Counted from the first letter of the stretch, positions 1-10,454 are shown. The stretch is 64,000 nucleotides of DNA from Candidatus Falkowbacteria bacterium (GCA_037137775.1 JBAXJQ010000001.1:32316-96315); one strand, 5' to 3'. Translations and numbers: made by a program. Notes: a model not told the origin generated them from the letters alone.

Positions 1-1
1 A

Positions 2-1117
2 ACCGAACCAGGTGCCCGTGATCGCGGTGGCGATTTAGGTTGGTTTGGTCGAGGTCAGATGGTTAAACCATTTGAGGATGCTGTCTATAGTATGAAAGTG
101 GGTGCCATTAGTGAGCCAGTTGAATCAGATTTTGGTTATCACTTAATTTATAAGCAAGCTGAACGAAAAGTAGAGGAGGCTAAAGTACAACACATTTTGA
201 TTAAAACTAAATCAGAAGTTGACATTACTGGCCCACAAACAGAGTGGAAAAATACTGAGCTTACCGGTAAAAATTTAAAGAATGCTCAAGCTCAGACTAA
301 TCCGAATGACGGTAGTCTAGAAGTTTCTTTAGAATTTGATGAACAAGGTGCAAAATATTTTGAAGAAATCACTGGCCGTAACGTTGGCAAACAAGTTGCT
401 ATCTTTTTGGATGGTTATATCATTAGTCAGCCAACGGTTAATGAAGCGATTAAGGGTGGTAAAGCAGTAATTAATGGCAAGTTTGGGGCACAAGAGGCCA
501 GGGATTTGGCCATGCGCTTAAATGCTGGTGCCTTGCCAATCCCAATTTCTTTAGTTGATCAACAGAATATCGGGGCTACCCTAGGCCAGAAATCAGTTGG
601 TGATAGTGCTCGTGCCGGCTTAATTGGCTTTGCTTTTGTGGCCATCTTTATGGTTTTGTTCTATCGTTTCCCAGGATTATTGTCCGTTGTTGCTTTGGGA
701 ATTTATGGAGTCTTGTTATTAGCTTTATTTAAGGTATTTTCTTTTGCACTTACCCTTTCTGGTTTAGCTGGCTTTATCATGTCAATTGGAATGGCCGTGG
801 ATGCCAATGTCTTGATCTTTTCCCGCTTACGCGAAGAAATTGCCAGTCAAAAACCATTTGGTCTAGCTTTGGATGAAGCATTCCGTCGTGCCTGGCCATC
901 CATTCGCGATAGTAATGTTTCAACATTAATTACTTGTGCAGTACTGTATTACACCTCGACCGGTATGGTGCGTGGGTTTGCAGTAACACTTGGCTTAGGT
1001 GTGCTTGTTTCAATGTTTACTGCTATTTTTGTCACCCGCACGTTCTTGAAATTAATTCCGGAAAACTGGCTCGAAAAATATCCTTTTTTAGTGGGCGGTA
1101 AAAAACAATCCAATTAA
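2..1117 (+). CDS. secD: Protein-export membrane protein SecD, 5'-truncated by the window edge. The same open frame upstream of the SecD periplasmic head encodes the C-terminal half of a parvulin-type PPIase (PpiC) domain.
   Basis: The frame is open from nt 2. Residues [20 protein letters not shown]...[10 protein letters not shown] match the parvulin signature. They are followed by SecD P1-head and TM motifs ([39 protein letters not shown]). secF follows directly. Confidence 0.8.
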   Translation, partial: TEPGARDRGGDLGWFGRGQMVKPFEDAVYSMKVGAISEPVESDFGYHLIYKQAERKVEEAKVQHILIKTKSEVDITGPQTEWKNTELTGKNLKNAQAQTNPNDGSLEVSLEFDEQGAKYFEEITGRNVGKQVAIFLDGYIISQPTVNEAIKGGKAVINGKFGAQEARDLAMRLNAGALPIPISLVDQQNIGATLGQKSVGDSARAGLIGFAFVAIFMVLFYRFPGLLSVVALGIYGVLLLALFKVFSFALTLSGLAGFIMSIGMAVDANVLIFSRLREEIASQKPFGLALDEAFRRAWPSIRDSNVSTLITCAVLYYTSTGMVRGFAVTLGLGVLVSMFTAIFVTRTFLKLIPENWLEKYPFLVGGKKQSN

Positions 1118-1130
1118 ATCCAAATTTCAT

Positions 1131-2051
1131 ATGACAAATTTTAACATCATTCAAAAAAGAAATATCTGGCTCTGGATTTCAGTCGCGCTGTTTGTGGTCT
1201 TTGGCTTGGCTTTAATGGTATGGGGCTTAAAACTTGGCATCGATTTTACCGGTGGTAGCTTGCTCGAAGTTCGTTTTAGCACTAATCGACCAACAGTTAA
1301 TGAGGTTCAAGAATCACTTGCCCAAGATACTAAAGTGGGTAATTTGGGCAGCTTAATTATACAGCCTTTGGGTCAATCCGAAATGGCTTTACGTTTTCAG
1401 GAATCAAGTGAGGAAAAACACCAAGCGGTGGTAAAAAATTTACAGAGCTTAGCCCTTAAAAAAGACAAAAAGAACCAAGTTGAGGAGTTGCGTTTTGACG
1501 CGGTTGGCGCTTCAGTTGGGCAGGAATTAAAAAGCAAAGCAGTTTCTTCCATCTTTTGGGTTATGCTTTTCATTTTAATGTATATTAGTTGGACGTTTCG
1601 CAAGGTGTCTAAGCCAGTCGCTTCATGGAAATATGGTTTAGCGGCCTTAGTGGCGTTATTTCATGATGCAATCATTACTATGGGCGTCTTTGCTGTTTTG
1701 GGTAAGTTTTATGGCGTAGAGATTAACACCGCCTTTGTGACCGCAATTTTGACCGTAATCGGATACTCAGTGCACGATACTATTGTGGTGTTTGATCGAA
1801 CCCGTGAGAATCTACCAAAAAGCCACCTGGACTTTGAAGGTACGGTTAATATGAGCTTAAACCAAACCTTAGTCCGCTCCATTAATACTTCATTAACCGT
1901 ATTGCTTACCTTGATTGCAGTGACCATTTTTGGTGGCGCCTCAATTCGGACTTTTGCCCTAGCCCTTACTATTGGCATTGCCATTGGTACATATTCCTCT
2001 ATTTTTGTTGCTTCACCGCTTTTAGTAGTTTGGGAAAAATGGAAAAAATAA
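1131..2051 (+). CDS. secF: Protein-export membrane protein SecF
   Basis: 306 aa with an N-terminal TM and a periplasmic loop, then a 5-TM bundle (ALFHDAIITMGVFAVLG, TVIGYSVHDTIVVFDR). It lies immediately downstream of secD. Confidence 0.85.
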   Translation: MTNFNIIQKRNIWLWISVALFVVFGLALMVWGLKLGIDFTGGSLLEVRFSTNRPTVNEVQESLAQDTKVGNLGSLIIQPLGQSEMALRFQESSEEKHQAVVKNLQSLALKKDKKNQVEELRFDAVGASVGQELKSKAVSSIFWVMLFILMYISWTFRKVSKPVASWKYGLAALVALFHDAIITMGVFAVLGKFYGVEINTAFVTAILTVIGYSVHDTIVVFDRTRENLPKSHLDFEGTVNMSLNQTLVRSINTSLTVLLTLIAVTIFGGASIRTFALALTIGIAIGTYSSIFVASPLLVVWEKWKK

Positions 2052-2070
2052 TCACTGACTTTAACCATAG

Positions 2071-2103
2071 AAAAAACCATGGCTTTTGCCATGGTTTTTT
2101 CTA
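2071..2103 (+). terminator. Rho-independent terminator after secF
   Basis: Hairpin aaaaaaccatggc-tttt-gccatggtttttt followed by a T-run. Confidence 0.6.
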
Positions 2104-2123
2104 TGGTTTGGGAAAATATTGCT

Positions 2124-2152
2124 TTGACAGAGTAGGCATTTTTGGGTAAGAT
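2124..2152 (+). promoter_or_regulatory. Putative sigma70-like promoter for proS (TTGACA, 17-nt spacer, TAAGAT)
   Basis: TTGACA at 2124-2129 and TAAGAT at 2147-2152. The ATG at 2142 of the ORF track lies inside this element. Confidence 0.35.
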
Positions 2153-2180
2153 TAAGCCAGTAATTTTTAAACATTCATTT

Positions 2181-3410
2181 ATGCGTCAATCCCAATTCTT
2201 TTCTAAAATAAGCCGTGAATTGCCCAAAGATGAGGAGAGCTATAACGCACAAACCTTAATTCGGGCTGGATTTATTGATAAGATCGGCGCCGGCATTTAT
2301 GTGTTTTTACCGCTAGGATTACGCGTCTTAAATAAGATTAATCAAATAATCCGCGACGAGATGGTGGCTATTGGTGGTCAGGAATTATTATTACCCGCCT
2401 TGCACCCCAAAGAATATTGGCAAGCAACCGGGCGGTGGGAGTCTTTTGACGTGTTGTTTCGGATAACTGGCCAAGATCAAAAGGAATATGCTTTGGGGGC
2501 AACTCATGAGGAAATTATTACGCCGGTCGCTAAAAAATATATTTTGTCTCACAAAGATCTCCCAAAAGCAGTTTTTCAGATTCAAACCAAATTTCGTAAT
2601 GAAAAACGGGCTAAGGCAGGGTTGATTCGCGGACGTGAATTTTTAATGAAAGATTTATATTCTTTTCACGCCAATGAAGAAGATTTGAATCTCTATTACA
2701 AGCAAGCACAAAAAGCCTATTTCAGGGTATTTGAACGGTGTGGTCTTTTAAATCAAACGTATCTCACCTTTGCCTCTGGTGGTGCGTTTAGTAAATACTC
2801 GCACGAATTTCAGACGGTAACTTCGGCGGGAGAGGACACAATTTTTATTTGTGATGATTGTCAAATTGCCGTGAATCAAGAGATTATTGCCGAGCAAAAT
2901 GGGTGCCCCGGATGCGGCAAGGCAGAGTTGCGAGAAGAAAAAGCAGTTGAAGTTGGTAATATTTTTAAACTTCGTACGAGATTTTCGGATGCAATTGAAT
3001 TTAAATATTCCACTGAAAATGGCGGATTAAAGCCAGTGGAGATGGGGTGCTATGGCATTGGTCCTAGTCGGGTAATGGGCACAATAGTAGAAGTGCATCA
3101 CGATGAACGCGGTATTGTCTGGCCAAAAGAAGTAGCGCCATTTCGGGTGCATGTCATTAGCCTTAATCAACCAAAAGTCGGTCAAGAAATTCACGATTTG
3201 CTCGAGGAAAAAGGTATCGAGGTCTTATGGGATGATCGTGAGATCTCAGCGGGGGAAAAGTTTGCCGAATCAGATTTGATTGGTTGTCCCTATCGAGTGG
3301 TGATTAGTGAGAAAACTTTAGCTCAGGGGAATAAGGTTGAGATTAAAGCAAGAAATTCGGCGAGCACTGAAATCACCAGTATTAGCCGATTAGTTGAGAT
3401 TGTGAAATAA
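2181..3410 (+). CDS. proS: Prolyl-tRNA synthetase, compact class II form without an INS editing domain
   Basis: The N-terminus MRQSQFF...LIRAGFI...GIYVFLPLGLRVL aligns with the bacterial ProRS N-terminus. It has class II motifs (FRNEKRAKAGLIRGREFLMKDLYSFH), a Zn-ribbon insert CDDC...CPGCG and a C-terminal anticodon-binding domain. The start is placed at the ATG at 2181 rather than 2142. Confidence 0.9.
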   Translation: MRQSQFFSKISRELPKDEESYNAQTLIRAGFIDKIGAGIYVFLPLGLRVLNKINQIIRDEMVAIGGQELLLPALHPKEYWQATGRWESFDVLFRITGQDQKEYALGATHEEIITPVAKKYILSHKDLPKAVFQIQTKFRNEKRAKAGLIRGREFLMKDLYSFHANEEDLNLYYKQAQKAYFRVFERCGLLNQTYLTFASGGAFSKYSHEFQTVTSAGEDTIFICDDCQIAVNQEIIAEQNGCPGCGKAELREEKAVEVGNIFKLRTRFSDAIEFKYSTENGGLKPVEMGCYGIGPSRVMGTIVEVHHDERGIVWPKEVAPFRVHVISLNQPKVGQEIHDLLEEKGIEVLWDDREISAGEKFAESDLIGCPYRVVISEKTLAQGNKVEIKARNSASTEITSISRLVEIVK

Positions 3411-3412
3411 AA

Positions 3413-3751
3413 ATGGATATGGATGATATTACAATTAGAGAGGTAGAAAATATTATTTCAGAGTTTGCTACAAAAAAAGGCTTGGGAATTAATCCGGAAG
3501 AGATTAATACACCAGAAAAATTTGTATTACTGCATAGCGAAGTGAGTGAGGCCTATGAAGCCTATCGTCGAGGAAGAATGGACGGCAAGGATGGACTGTC
3601 GGAGGAATTAGCTGATATTGCTATTCGGTTATTTCAATTAGCTATTATCTTCAAAATTGATCTGGGTCAAGAGATTGTAAAAAAAATTGACTACAATCAA
3701 CATCGTGAGTGGCAGCACCCTAACGAAACTATAGTTAAAAATAATGTTTAA
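3413..3751 (+). CDS. MazG-like nucleoside triphosphate pyrophosphohydrolase, small all-alpha NTP-PPase
   Basis: 112 aa with EExxE-type motifs (LLHSEVSEAYEAYRRG, EELADIAIRL) typical of the MazG/dimeric dUTPase-like fold. Confidence 0.5.
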   Translation: MDMDDITIREVENIISEFATKKGLGINPEEINTPEKFVLLHSEVSEAYEAYRRGRMDGKDGLSEELADIAIRLFQLAIIFKIDLGQEIVKKIDYNQHREWQHPNETIVKNNV

Positions 3752-4787
3752 TAAATTATTTGGTAAATTAAGTCATGATCTTGGTATTGATCTCGGCACT
3801 AAAAATACCCTGGTCTATGTAGAAGATAAGGGTATTGTTATCAACGAGCCAACAGTGGTGGCGGTTAATACCCGAACCGATGAAATTTTAGCCGTTGGTG
3901 AAGAGGCTCGTCGCATGATTGGCAAGACGCCATCTCATATTCAAGCTATCAAACCCCTGGTCGATGGGGTAATTTCTGATTTTGAGGTAACGGAAAAAAT
4001 GTTGAAGTATTTTATCGATAAGGCACATGAAGGTGGTTTTACTTTTTCCCCTCGCCCACGGGTTATTATTGGTATCCCGCTCGATATTACCGAAGTAGAA
4101 AAAAAGGCGGTGGAGGATGCGGCCAAATCTGCCGGTGCTCGTAAAGTGTATTTAATTGAAGAGTCGATGGCAGCAGCTATTGGTGCTCATTTGCCGGTTA
4201 CAGACGCCACCGCAACCATGATTGTTGATATTGGCGGCGGTACAACTGAAATTGCCGTAATCTCTTTAGGTGGTGTGGTTACATATAAAACGTTACGTTT
4301 AGCCGGTAATGAATTGGATAATAATATTACCCAGTATATTAGGGAAGAATATAATCTATTAATCGGTGAACAAGTAGCAGAAAGTATTAAAATTAGAATT
4401 GGTTCAGCTATACCAATGCGCGAACCGATGGAAATGGAAGTTCGAGGTCGAGACTTGATAAATGGCTTGCCACGTAGTATTACGATTGGTGATGCTCAAG
4501 TACGCGAAACCATGGGCCGTAGTTTGCATCAAATAATTGATAACATTAAAGCAACACTCGAAGCCACGCCGCCAGAACTCGTGGCTGATATTTACGAAAA
4601 AGGTATAGTCTTAACTGGTGGCGGTGCACTGTTAAGAGGATTGGACAAGGCAATAGCACAGGAAACAAAAATTCCCGTACGTGTTGCTGATGATCCACTT
4701 ATCTGTTTGGCCAAAGGAACGGGAATGTTGTTGGCCGATCCGGTCTTGCTCAATAAGGTATTATCTTTACCGAGTGAGGAACTGTAA
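3744..4787 (+). CDS. mreB: Rod shape-determining actin homologue MreB
   Basis: MFNKLFG..DLGIDLGTKNTLVY, DIGGGTTEIAVISLGG and the C-terminal PLICLAKGTG are all canonical MreB motifs. Confidence 0.92.
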   Translation: MFNKLFGKLSHDLGIDLGTKNTLVYVEDKGIVINEPTVVAVNTRTDEILAVGEEARRMIGKTPSHIQAIKPLVDGVISDFEVTEKMLKYFIDKAHEGGFTFSPRPRVIIGIPLDITEVEKKAVEDAAKSAGARKVYLIEESMAAAIGAHLPVTDATATMIVDIGGGTTEIAVISLGGVVTYKTLRLAGNELDNNITQYIREEYNLLIGEQVAESIKIRIGSAIPMREPMEMEVRGRDLINGLPRSITIGDAQVRETMGRSLHQIIDNIKATLEATPPELVADIYEKGIVLTGGGALLRGLDKAIAQETKIPVRVADDPLICLAKGTGMLLADPVLLNKVLSLPSEEL

Positions 4788-4808
4788 TATTTAAAACAGC
4801 TTACTTAT

Positions 4809-5609
4809 ATGAAAAAGCTCAATAGCAAACGATTGAGTTTGATTGGAGCAGTAATCGCCTTACTGCTATTTTTGCATTACAGTCGTTTGCTACTACCAGT
4901 AGAGGGTTTTATGTCGCAAATATTTAATCCGTTAACACAACGACTATATGGGGCGACAAGTCATTTGCGTTTTTTTTATGAAGAGCAGACTGATCGTCGT
5001 GATCTAAATCAAACAGTCAAAGACTTAGAAAAACAGGTAAGTGCCTTAACACAGGAAAATGCCAAATTGAAATTATTGGACGAAGAAAATCAAAGCTTAC
5101 GGAATTATTTGAAATTTTTACAACCTCGTTCACGCCATTATGTAATGGCAAATGTTATTGGTCGCGAAGATGTTGATCAAATTAGTCAGATCATTATTTT
5201 AGATAAGGGTAAACAAGACGGAGTGTTATCCGGCTATGCTGTGGTAAATGAAAATGGCCATATCGTTGGCAAGGTGTTGGAAACGAAAGATCATGAAGCT
5301 CAGGTTTGTTTGGTTACCAGCGGGCGTTGCCAGTTGGCCGTAGCTATTCAAAACCAAAATCGCACCATTGGCATTGCCAAAGGTGAGCTAGGCTTGGTGG
5401 TTAAAGTTGATTTTATTCCACAAAGCGAACAAATTGAAAAAGATCAAACAGTAATCACCTCTGGACTTGAGAAATCGATTGAGCGCGGCTTGGTGGTTGG
5501 CAAAATTACCGAAGTTATTAAACAAAATAACGAATTATGGCAAACTGCTCGGGTTGAACCTTTGGTAAATCCGGATAATTTATTAACGGTAGCGGTAATG
5601 CAACCCTAA
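4809..5609 (+). CDS. mreC: Rod shape-determining protein MreC
   Basis: N-terminal TM, a coiled-coil (LEKQVSALTQENAKLKLLDEENQSL) and then a beta-domain. It sits between mreB and mreD. Confidence 0.75.
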   Translation: MKKLNSKRLSLIGAVIALLLFLHYSRLLLPVEGFMSQIFNPLTQRLYGATSHLRFFYEEQTDRRDLNQTVKDLEKQVSALTQENAKLKLLDEENQSLRNYLKFLQPRSRHYVMANVIGREDVDQISQIIILDKGKQDGVLSGYAVVNENGHIVGKVLETKDHEAQVCLVTSGRCQLAVAIQNQNRTIGIAKGELGLVVKVDFIPQSEQIEKDQTVITSGLEKSIERGLVVGKITEVIKQNNELWQTARVEPLVNPDNLLTVAVMQP

Positions 5610-5610
5610 T

Positions 5611-6168
5611 ATGAATCTGAAAACATTTTGGCAATATTTTTTTTATAGCTTTGCAATTTTATTAGTAACTGAAATTCAGCTGGGTGCTTTGCCGGCCATG
5701 CCAGGAGTCTTGGCCTATACAGATGTTGCGATAATTTTTTTATTAGTTGTCTTGGTGCTTTATGATGTCACCACGGCGTTTTATTTTGGTTTAATGCTGG
5801 GCATTATTTTTGATGTGTTGAATTTTTGGTCATTTGGTCAGGCGGTAATTGGTATTGAAGTCGTACTGGTGGTTTGTTATATATTATTAACTAAAGTTTT
5901 TACTAATCGATCGCTCTATTCATTTTTAGCCTTAACTTTGATCGCAACCGTGGTATATTGGTTGGCGATTCGAATAACTGATATAACCACAGGATTTGTA
6001 TTTTCGGCACCTAGTCATTTGTTTTTTAACCCCGTAGCATTACGTTTATTGGGCTGGAAAATTGGCTTAAATTTAATAACATCAGCCATAACTTTCCAGA
6101 TAGCAACATTTATCAGCCACAGCTTAAAACCTGTCTTTTTGATGAAAAGCAATTATGTTAACCGATAA
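5611..6168 (+). CDS. mreD: Rod shape-determining protein MreD, polytopic membrane protein
   Basis: 185-aa hydrophobic protein between mreC and pbp2. Synteny supports the call; sequence conservation is weak. Confidence 0.55.
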   Translation: MNLKTFWQYFFYSFAILLVTEIQLGALPAMPGVLAYTDVAIIFLLVVLVLYDVTTAFYFGLMLGIIFDVLNFWSFGQAVIGIEVVLVVCYILLTKVFTNRSLYSFLALTLIATVVYWLAIRITDITTGFVFSAPSHLFFNPVALRLLGWKIGLNLITSAITFQIATFISHSLKPVFLMKSNYVNR

Positions 6169-8206
6169 AAAAAATGTAAATCAAGGCGATAATCCTTTTG
6201 TTATTCAGCAAGGACGGTTAAAGCATGGTAAAATTACTTCTTCATACCGATTAGGCTGGACAGAGGATGCGTTTATTATGGACGCAGGTCGCAAAGACGT
6301 TGTCGGTCGTACTATTTCAACAACTTATTTTAAATATCTCTTTGCTGGATGTTTGGTTTTTATTGGTTTACTTTTCGGACGGACGGCTTGGCTACAGGTT
6401 GCACAAGGCGATTATTATTATAAGATGGCCGAGGGAAATCGTATTAGAATTGAACGTATTGATTCTAAGCGCGGTATAATCTTCGATCGTCATGGCAAAG
6501 CTTTAGTTCGAAATCAAGCAAATTTTATGTTGTATTTGGTGCCGAGCGATCTGCCTAAAGATGATGCAGGCTTAGCCGCGGTTATTAAGCGGGTTAGTCA
6601 ATTAATTGGACCTTTGGGAAATTTAAATGGTGTACCAACAAATAATGAACAAAATATTAATGAAGCATCAGTTGAGTCTTATATTTTGGGGAAAATAAAA
6701 CCGATAAACAGGAAGTCGATTGCCGCTCTCGAGCCAGTATTTATTGCGGATAATTTGCCATATGAAAAAGCGTTGGCCCTTTCACTCGAGTCAACCGGCT
6801 TGCCTGGTGTTGTTTTATCAAGCTCGGCCAGACGACAATACAATGTTTCCGAAGCCGCTTCGTTAGCCCATGTCCTCGGCTATACCGGCAAGATAAATGA
6901 CAAGGAATTAGCTAAAGTAAAAACCGGCTATCAACCCATTGACTACATTGGCAAGTCTGGTTTGGAAAATTATTGGGAAAGTGAATTGCGAGGTGGCTTT
7001 GGTCAAAAACAGGTCGAGGTTGATGCCATGGGTAAAGAAAAGCGAATAATTAGCATTAAGCCAGCGGTTGACGGACAAGACTTAATTTTGTCCTTAGATT
7101 ATAATCTGCAAGCGAAAATTGAACAAATTACCAAGTCATATTTATCTGCAGCAAAATTAAGCCGTGCTTCGGTAGTAGCGATGGATCCGCGGTCGGGTGA
7201 GGTGTTGGCCATGGTCAGCTTACCGGCCTATGATGACAATATTTTTGCTCGGGGCATCAGTCAAAAAGAATATGATATTTTGTTAAATGATCCCGATCGT
7301 CCATTATATAATCGTAGCATGGGTGGCGAATTTCCTTCTGGGTCTACGATTAAGCCAGTGATTTCGGCTGCGGCCTTGCAAGAGGGCATAATTACTGAGA
7401 GTACGACATTTCTAAGTAATGGTGGCTTACGGATTGATAAATGGTTTTTTCCAGATTGGAAAGCTGGCGGACATGGCATGACTAATGTAAGAAAAGCAAT
7501 TGCCGAATCAGTAAATACATTTTTTTATATTATTGGTGGTGGGTATGAGGGCACAACCGGGCTAGGTGTTGATCGCTTGGCGAAATACTTTAAGCTTTTT
7601 GGGTTAGGCAGTCAGACCGGCATTGATTTGCCCGGTGAAGTGGACGGATTTGTACCGAGTAAAGAATGGAAAGAAACAACTAAAAAAGAAAATTGGTATA
7701 TCGGTGATACGTATCATCTTGCCATCGGCCAAGGCGATTTAAATGTTACTCCATTGCAGGTGGCCAATTACACTGCCTATTTTGCTAATGGGGGTAAATT
7801 GTTAGTGCCACATTTGGTTAAGGAAATTAGGCCAAGCGGCAGTCAGGTTGGTACGCCCGTGCCCGTCAAAATCATTCGTTCAGGTATTGTAAACCCCGCT
7901 TATGTGCAAATTGTGCGTGAGGGTATGCGTCAAACCGTAGTGGCTGGTAGTGCGCGTAGTTTGCAACAAGTGCCCGTGCCCATGGCGGGCAAAACAGGAA
8001 CGGCGCAGTGGTCTACTAAAAAAGATCCACATGCCTGGTTTACGGGCTTTGCGCCATATGACGACCCAACAATTGTTATTACGATTTTAGTTGAGGAAGG
8101 TAAGGAAGGTAGTACAATCGCCGTGCCGATCGCTCGGGAAGTATTACAATGGTATTTTGCCAGTAATCCAAAAATAAGTCCGACTTCAACGCCGGCTGCG
8201 TTTTAA
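6155..8206 (+). CDS. mrdA: Penicillin-binding protein 2 (peptidoglycan D,D-transpeptidase MrdA)
   Basis: N-terminal TM and a dimerisation domain, then transpeptidase motifs STIKP (SxxK), SxN and KTGTAQ. It lies in an operon with mreBCD. Confidence 0.88.
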   Translation: MLTDKKNVNQGDNPFVIQQGRLKHGKITSSYRLGWTEDAFIMDAGRKDVVGRTISTTYFKYLFAGCLVFIGLLFGRTAWLQVAQGDYYYKMAEGNRIRIERIDSKRGIIFDRHGKALVRNQANFMLYLVPSDLPKDDAGLAAVIKRVSQLIGPLGNLNGVPTNNEQNINEASVESYILGKIKPINRKSIAALEPVFIADNLPYEKALALSLESTGLPGVVLSSSARRQYNVSEAASLAHVLGYTGKINDKELAKVKTGYQPIDYIGKSGLENYWESELRGGFGQKQVEVDAMGKEKRIISIKPAVDGQDLILSLDYNLQAKIEQITKSYLSAAKLSRASVVAMDPRSGEVLAMVSLPAYDDNIFARGISQKEYDILLNDPDRPLYNRSMGGEFPSGSTIKPVISAAALQEGIITESTTFLSNGGLRIDKWFFPDWKAGGHGMTNVRKAIAESVNTFFYIIGGGYEGTTGLGVDRLAKYFKLFGLGSQTGIDLPGEVDGFVPSKEWKETTKKENWYIGDTYHLAIGQGDLNVTPLQVANYTAYFANGGKLLVPHLVKEIRPSGSQVGTPVPVKIIRSGIVNPAYVQIVREGMRQTVVAGSARSLQQVPVPMAGKTGTAQWSTKKDPHAWFTGFAPYDDPTIVITILVEEGKEGSTIAVPIAREVLQWYFASNPKISPTSTPAAF

Positions 8207-8265
8207 ATAAAAAAAGCCCCGATCTCGCCACCAGTGGCAGGAGAGTGCCATTAGGCGAGACCGGG
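8205..8265 (-). terminator. Terminator between convergent pbp2 and the 3D-domain gene, read on the minus strand (imperfect hairpin plus T-run)
   Basis: GCCCCGATCTCGCC...GGCGAGACCGGG forms a 12-bp stem with one mismatch. The A-run at 8205-8215 is a T-run on the minus strand. Confidence 0.4.
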
Positions 8266-8271
8266 TAAGTG

Positions 8272-8805
8272 TTAGCTTGATAGTGCTTTGGCAACGGTCT
8301 TTTTGACCGTTTTAAGCTCTATCAAACAAATGTTACGGGGGAGATTTAAGGCGCGATCGAGTCCAGCGACATTTTTGCCGGTGAAAAGATCAACTTTATG
8401 ACCTTTGATTTTACCCCCTTTGTCTTGGGCAATCAGGATGCTGCCTTTGCGTAATAGCACGCTTCCGTCTTGTCCGATCAAGTCGTTTGCCAAGCGAAGT
8501 TTCGTGCCTGGCTTGATGACTTCCTCGTCGACCGCTAGGGTTTTCATAGCAATCGGCTTAAGTTGGCTGTAATGAGCAATTTTGCCAGAGCCGTTCATCT
8601 CAAGATCTTTTTTGAGATTAGTGACGTAGCGTGATTGCCCTGGTTCCGGACCGTAGTAGCCTCGTAATTTGAGAACATGTTTGCGACCAGGAACTTCAAC
8701 CAACTTGGTTTCCACAACACTTTGGGCATGAGCCCGTGAGGTGGGTGTTGGTGTAATCGCAAACAGCAATAACAGCGCGATTACAACAAAACTAACACAT
8801 TTCAC
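8272..8805 (-). CDS. Secreted 3D-domain (MltA-like, lytic-transglycosylase-related) cell-wall protein
   Basis: A GTG start at 8805 is preceded by GGGAGGAAGAAC. The signal peptide VKCVSFVVIALLLLFA...AHA is followed by a C-terminal 3D-domain motif TLAVDEEVIKPGTKLRL...AQDKGGKIKGHKVDLFTG. Confidence 0.6.
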   Translation of the reverse strand: MKCVSFVVIALLLLFAITPTPTSRAHAQSVVETKLVEVPGRKHVLKLRGYYGPEPGQSRYVTNLKKDLEMNGSGKIAHYSQLKPIAMKTLAVDEEVIKPGTKLRLANDLIGQDGSVLLRKGSILIAQDKGGKIKGHKVDLFTGKNVAGLDRALNLPRNICLIELKTVKKTVAKALSS

Positions 8806-9014
8806 GTTCTTCCTCCCTTTTCCGGTCCTACTAGTGGCGATGGTGGATTTGCCACTAAACCGTATGTAAAAAACAAAAAAACTGCCTGTTGCCTCCAAAC
8901 AAGTAGTTAGATTGTTTAATTATTTGGAGTATATACTAATAGAGGGGTATTGTCAAGCCTTATAATTACTATTTTGGCTAACATTGAAATTATTTTAATA
9001 TTATGGAAAAATGA

Positions 9015-10454
9015 TTGTATATGATTAGGTACTTACGAAACAACAAGACTCGAACAATAATTTGGCTGGGATACTTTTTTTTACTAAGCATAGTCATTTT
9101 TAGAGGATTATTGCCTTTTGGTCAGGTGGTATATCGGTATAATTTTAATAATCCTGATTATTTTATTCGAAAATTAACACCGGCAGAACGGGTTTTGCCA
9201 GCCAACAAGCATGAACAGGGTATAATCGGTGAGCCGGTTTATTTTAGTGTGTACACACCTAGAACTTTTGATCAGGCGAAAATTACCTTAACATATAAAA
9301 TTATGGGTGAGGTGCCAGTTGTTGAGGTTGGGGTTTTAGCTCACCCCACTTTGACGCGGTATCGAACCGTGGCTATAGAGAATCAGCTTATTGATGACTT
9401 AGCAAAAAAATGGCAAGTGAAGTATGGCAACGGTTATACATTACTTGAGCAGGAAAATAAATATCAAAGCGTTGATGATTTTTTTAAATCGTTACCGCCA
9501 ACCAATCAAGTGGCAACCTATCGAGCGGAATTGCCTTTGAGGCAAGGTGAATATAATTTTACATTAGCCACTAGTTCGGTAAGAGTTGGTTTGCGTGGTT
9601 CGTATCAATTTTTCACCTATATTAATAGAGGGCAAATGCGGCTTAAATTGAATATTACTGATCGGAATCAAAACAACAAACCAGATCCTACTACTATTAC
9701 TGTTTATCGAGACGGCAAGTCAGTCTTTACCCGAATATTGCCAGATGATGGAGTGGTAATAGATACCTGGCAAGCTACTCCGGTGCGAACGTTTGACATT
9801 GAATCGCCAGTTTTAGAAAAAGGCATTTATCAAGTCGAGGTAGCTGCTAGTGATGATATTACTACTAATCAATTAATGATTAATTCAGGACAACTGGGTT
9901 TTTCTGGCTCTTTATGGCTGGCTGATACGACCAAACCACCAATTTTAGCCTGGACAGATGGTCAGGAGGTAAGTCTGCAAGTAACCGATCCAGCCAAAGA
10001 ACAAGTTGTTCTCATTGGACAAGAAAAATTAGTTGTTGATGACACTTTTAGATTGTTTCGCAAACAGACCAGCGCTACAGTCACCCCAATAAAACTAGAA
10101 AAAAATGATATTCGAATTGTGACAGACGGAGTAGTGGCGTTTAACCGTTCCCAATTATTTAACCCGAGAAGCATTCAGTTTGGCATTAATACGAAACTAG
10201 ACGAGCGAAAAATAAACTATGTGTTAACGGAATACTTACCTTCAGAAAATATTTCTTCCACAAGAGAAAAAAAGGCGACGTTGGATTTGCATGGCGCATA
10301 TCGTGAAGGGTCAAGATACGGATTTATGATCGCTTTGCCCGGGCTTAAAAATGATGCCAGTTCGACGGCAAATACTTTAGTGTTAAGCGATTTAAGTATA
10401 GAATTTAATGGCTCAACGTTATGGCAAAAAATTGCACGACTATGGCAAAAATAA
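9015..10454 (+). CDS. Hypothetical membrane-anchored protein: one N-terminal TM and a large beta-rich extracytoplasmic part
   Basis: 479-aa ORF with good coding statistics. I recognise no conserved motif in it. Confidence 0.5.
   Translation: MYMIRYLRNNKTRTIIWLGYFFLLSIVIFRGLLPFGQVVYRYNFNNPDYFIRKLTPAERVLPANKHEQGIIGEPVYFSVYTPRTFDQAKITLTYKIMGEVPVVEVGVLAHPTLTRYRTVAIENQLIDDLAKKWQVKYGNGYTLLEQENKYQSVDDFFKSLPPTNQVATYRAELPLRQGEYNFTLATSSVRVGLRGSYQFFTYINRGQMRLKLNITDRNQNNKPDPTTITVYRDGKSVFTRILPDDGVVIDTWQATPVRTFDIESPVLEKGIYQVEVAASDDITTNQLMINSGQLGFSGSLWLADTTKPPILAWTDGQEVSLQVTDPAKEQVVLIGQEKLVVDDTFRLFRKQTSATVTPIKLEKNDIRIVTDGVVAFNRSQLFNPRSIQFGINTKLDERKINYVLTEYLPSENISSTREKKATLDLHGAYREGSRYGFMIALPGLKNDASSTANTLVLSDLSIEFNGSTLWQKIARLWQK

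Noticed and set aside
1397-2092. Minus-strand ORFs of 68 and 127 aa
   Set aside because: They lie inside secF on the opposite strand and have no features.
2142-2180. Upstream ATG of the proS ORF track entry
   Set aside because: The ATG sits between the predicted -35 and -10 boxes. Homology to the ProRS N-terminus begins at the ATG at 2181.
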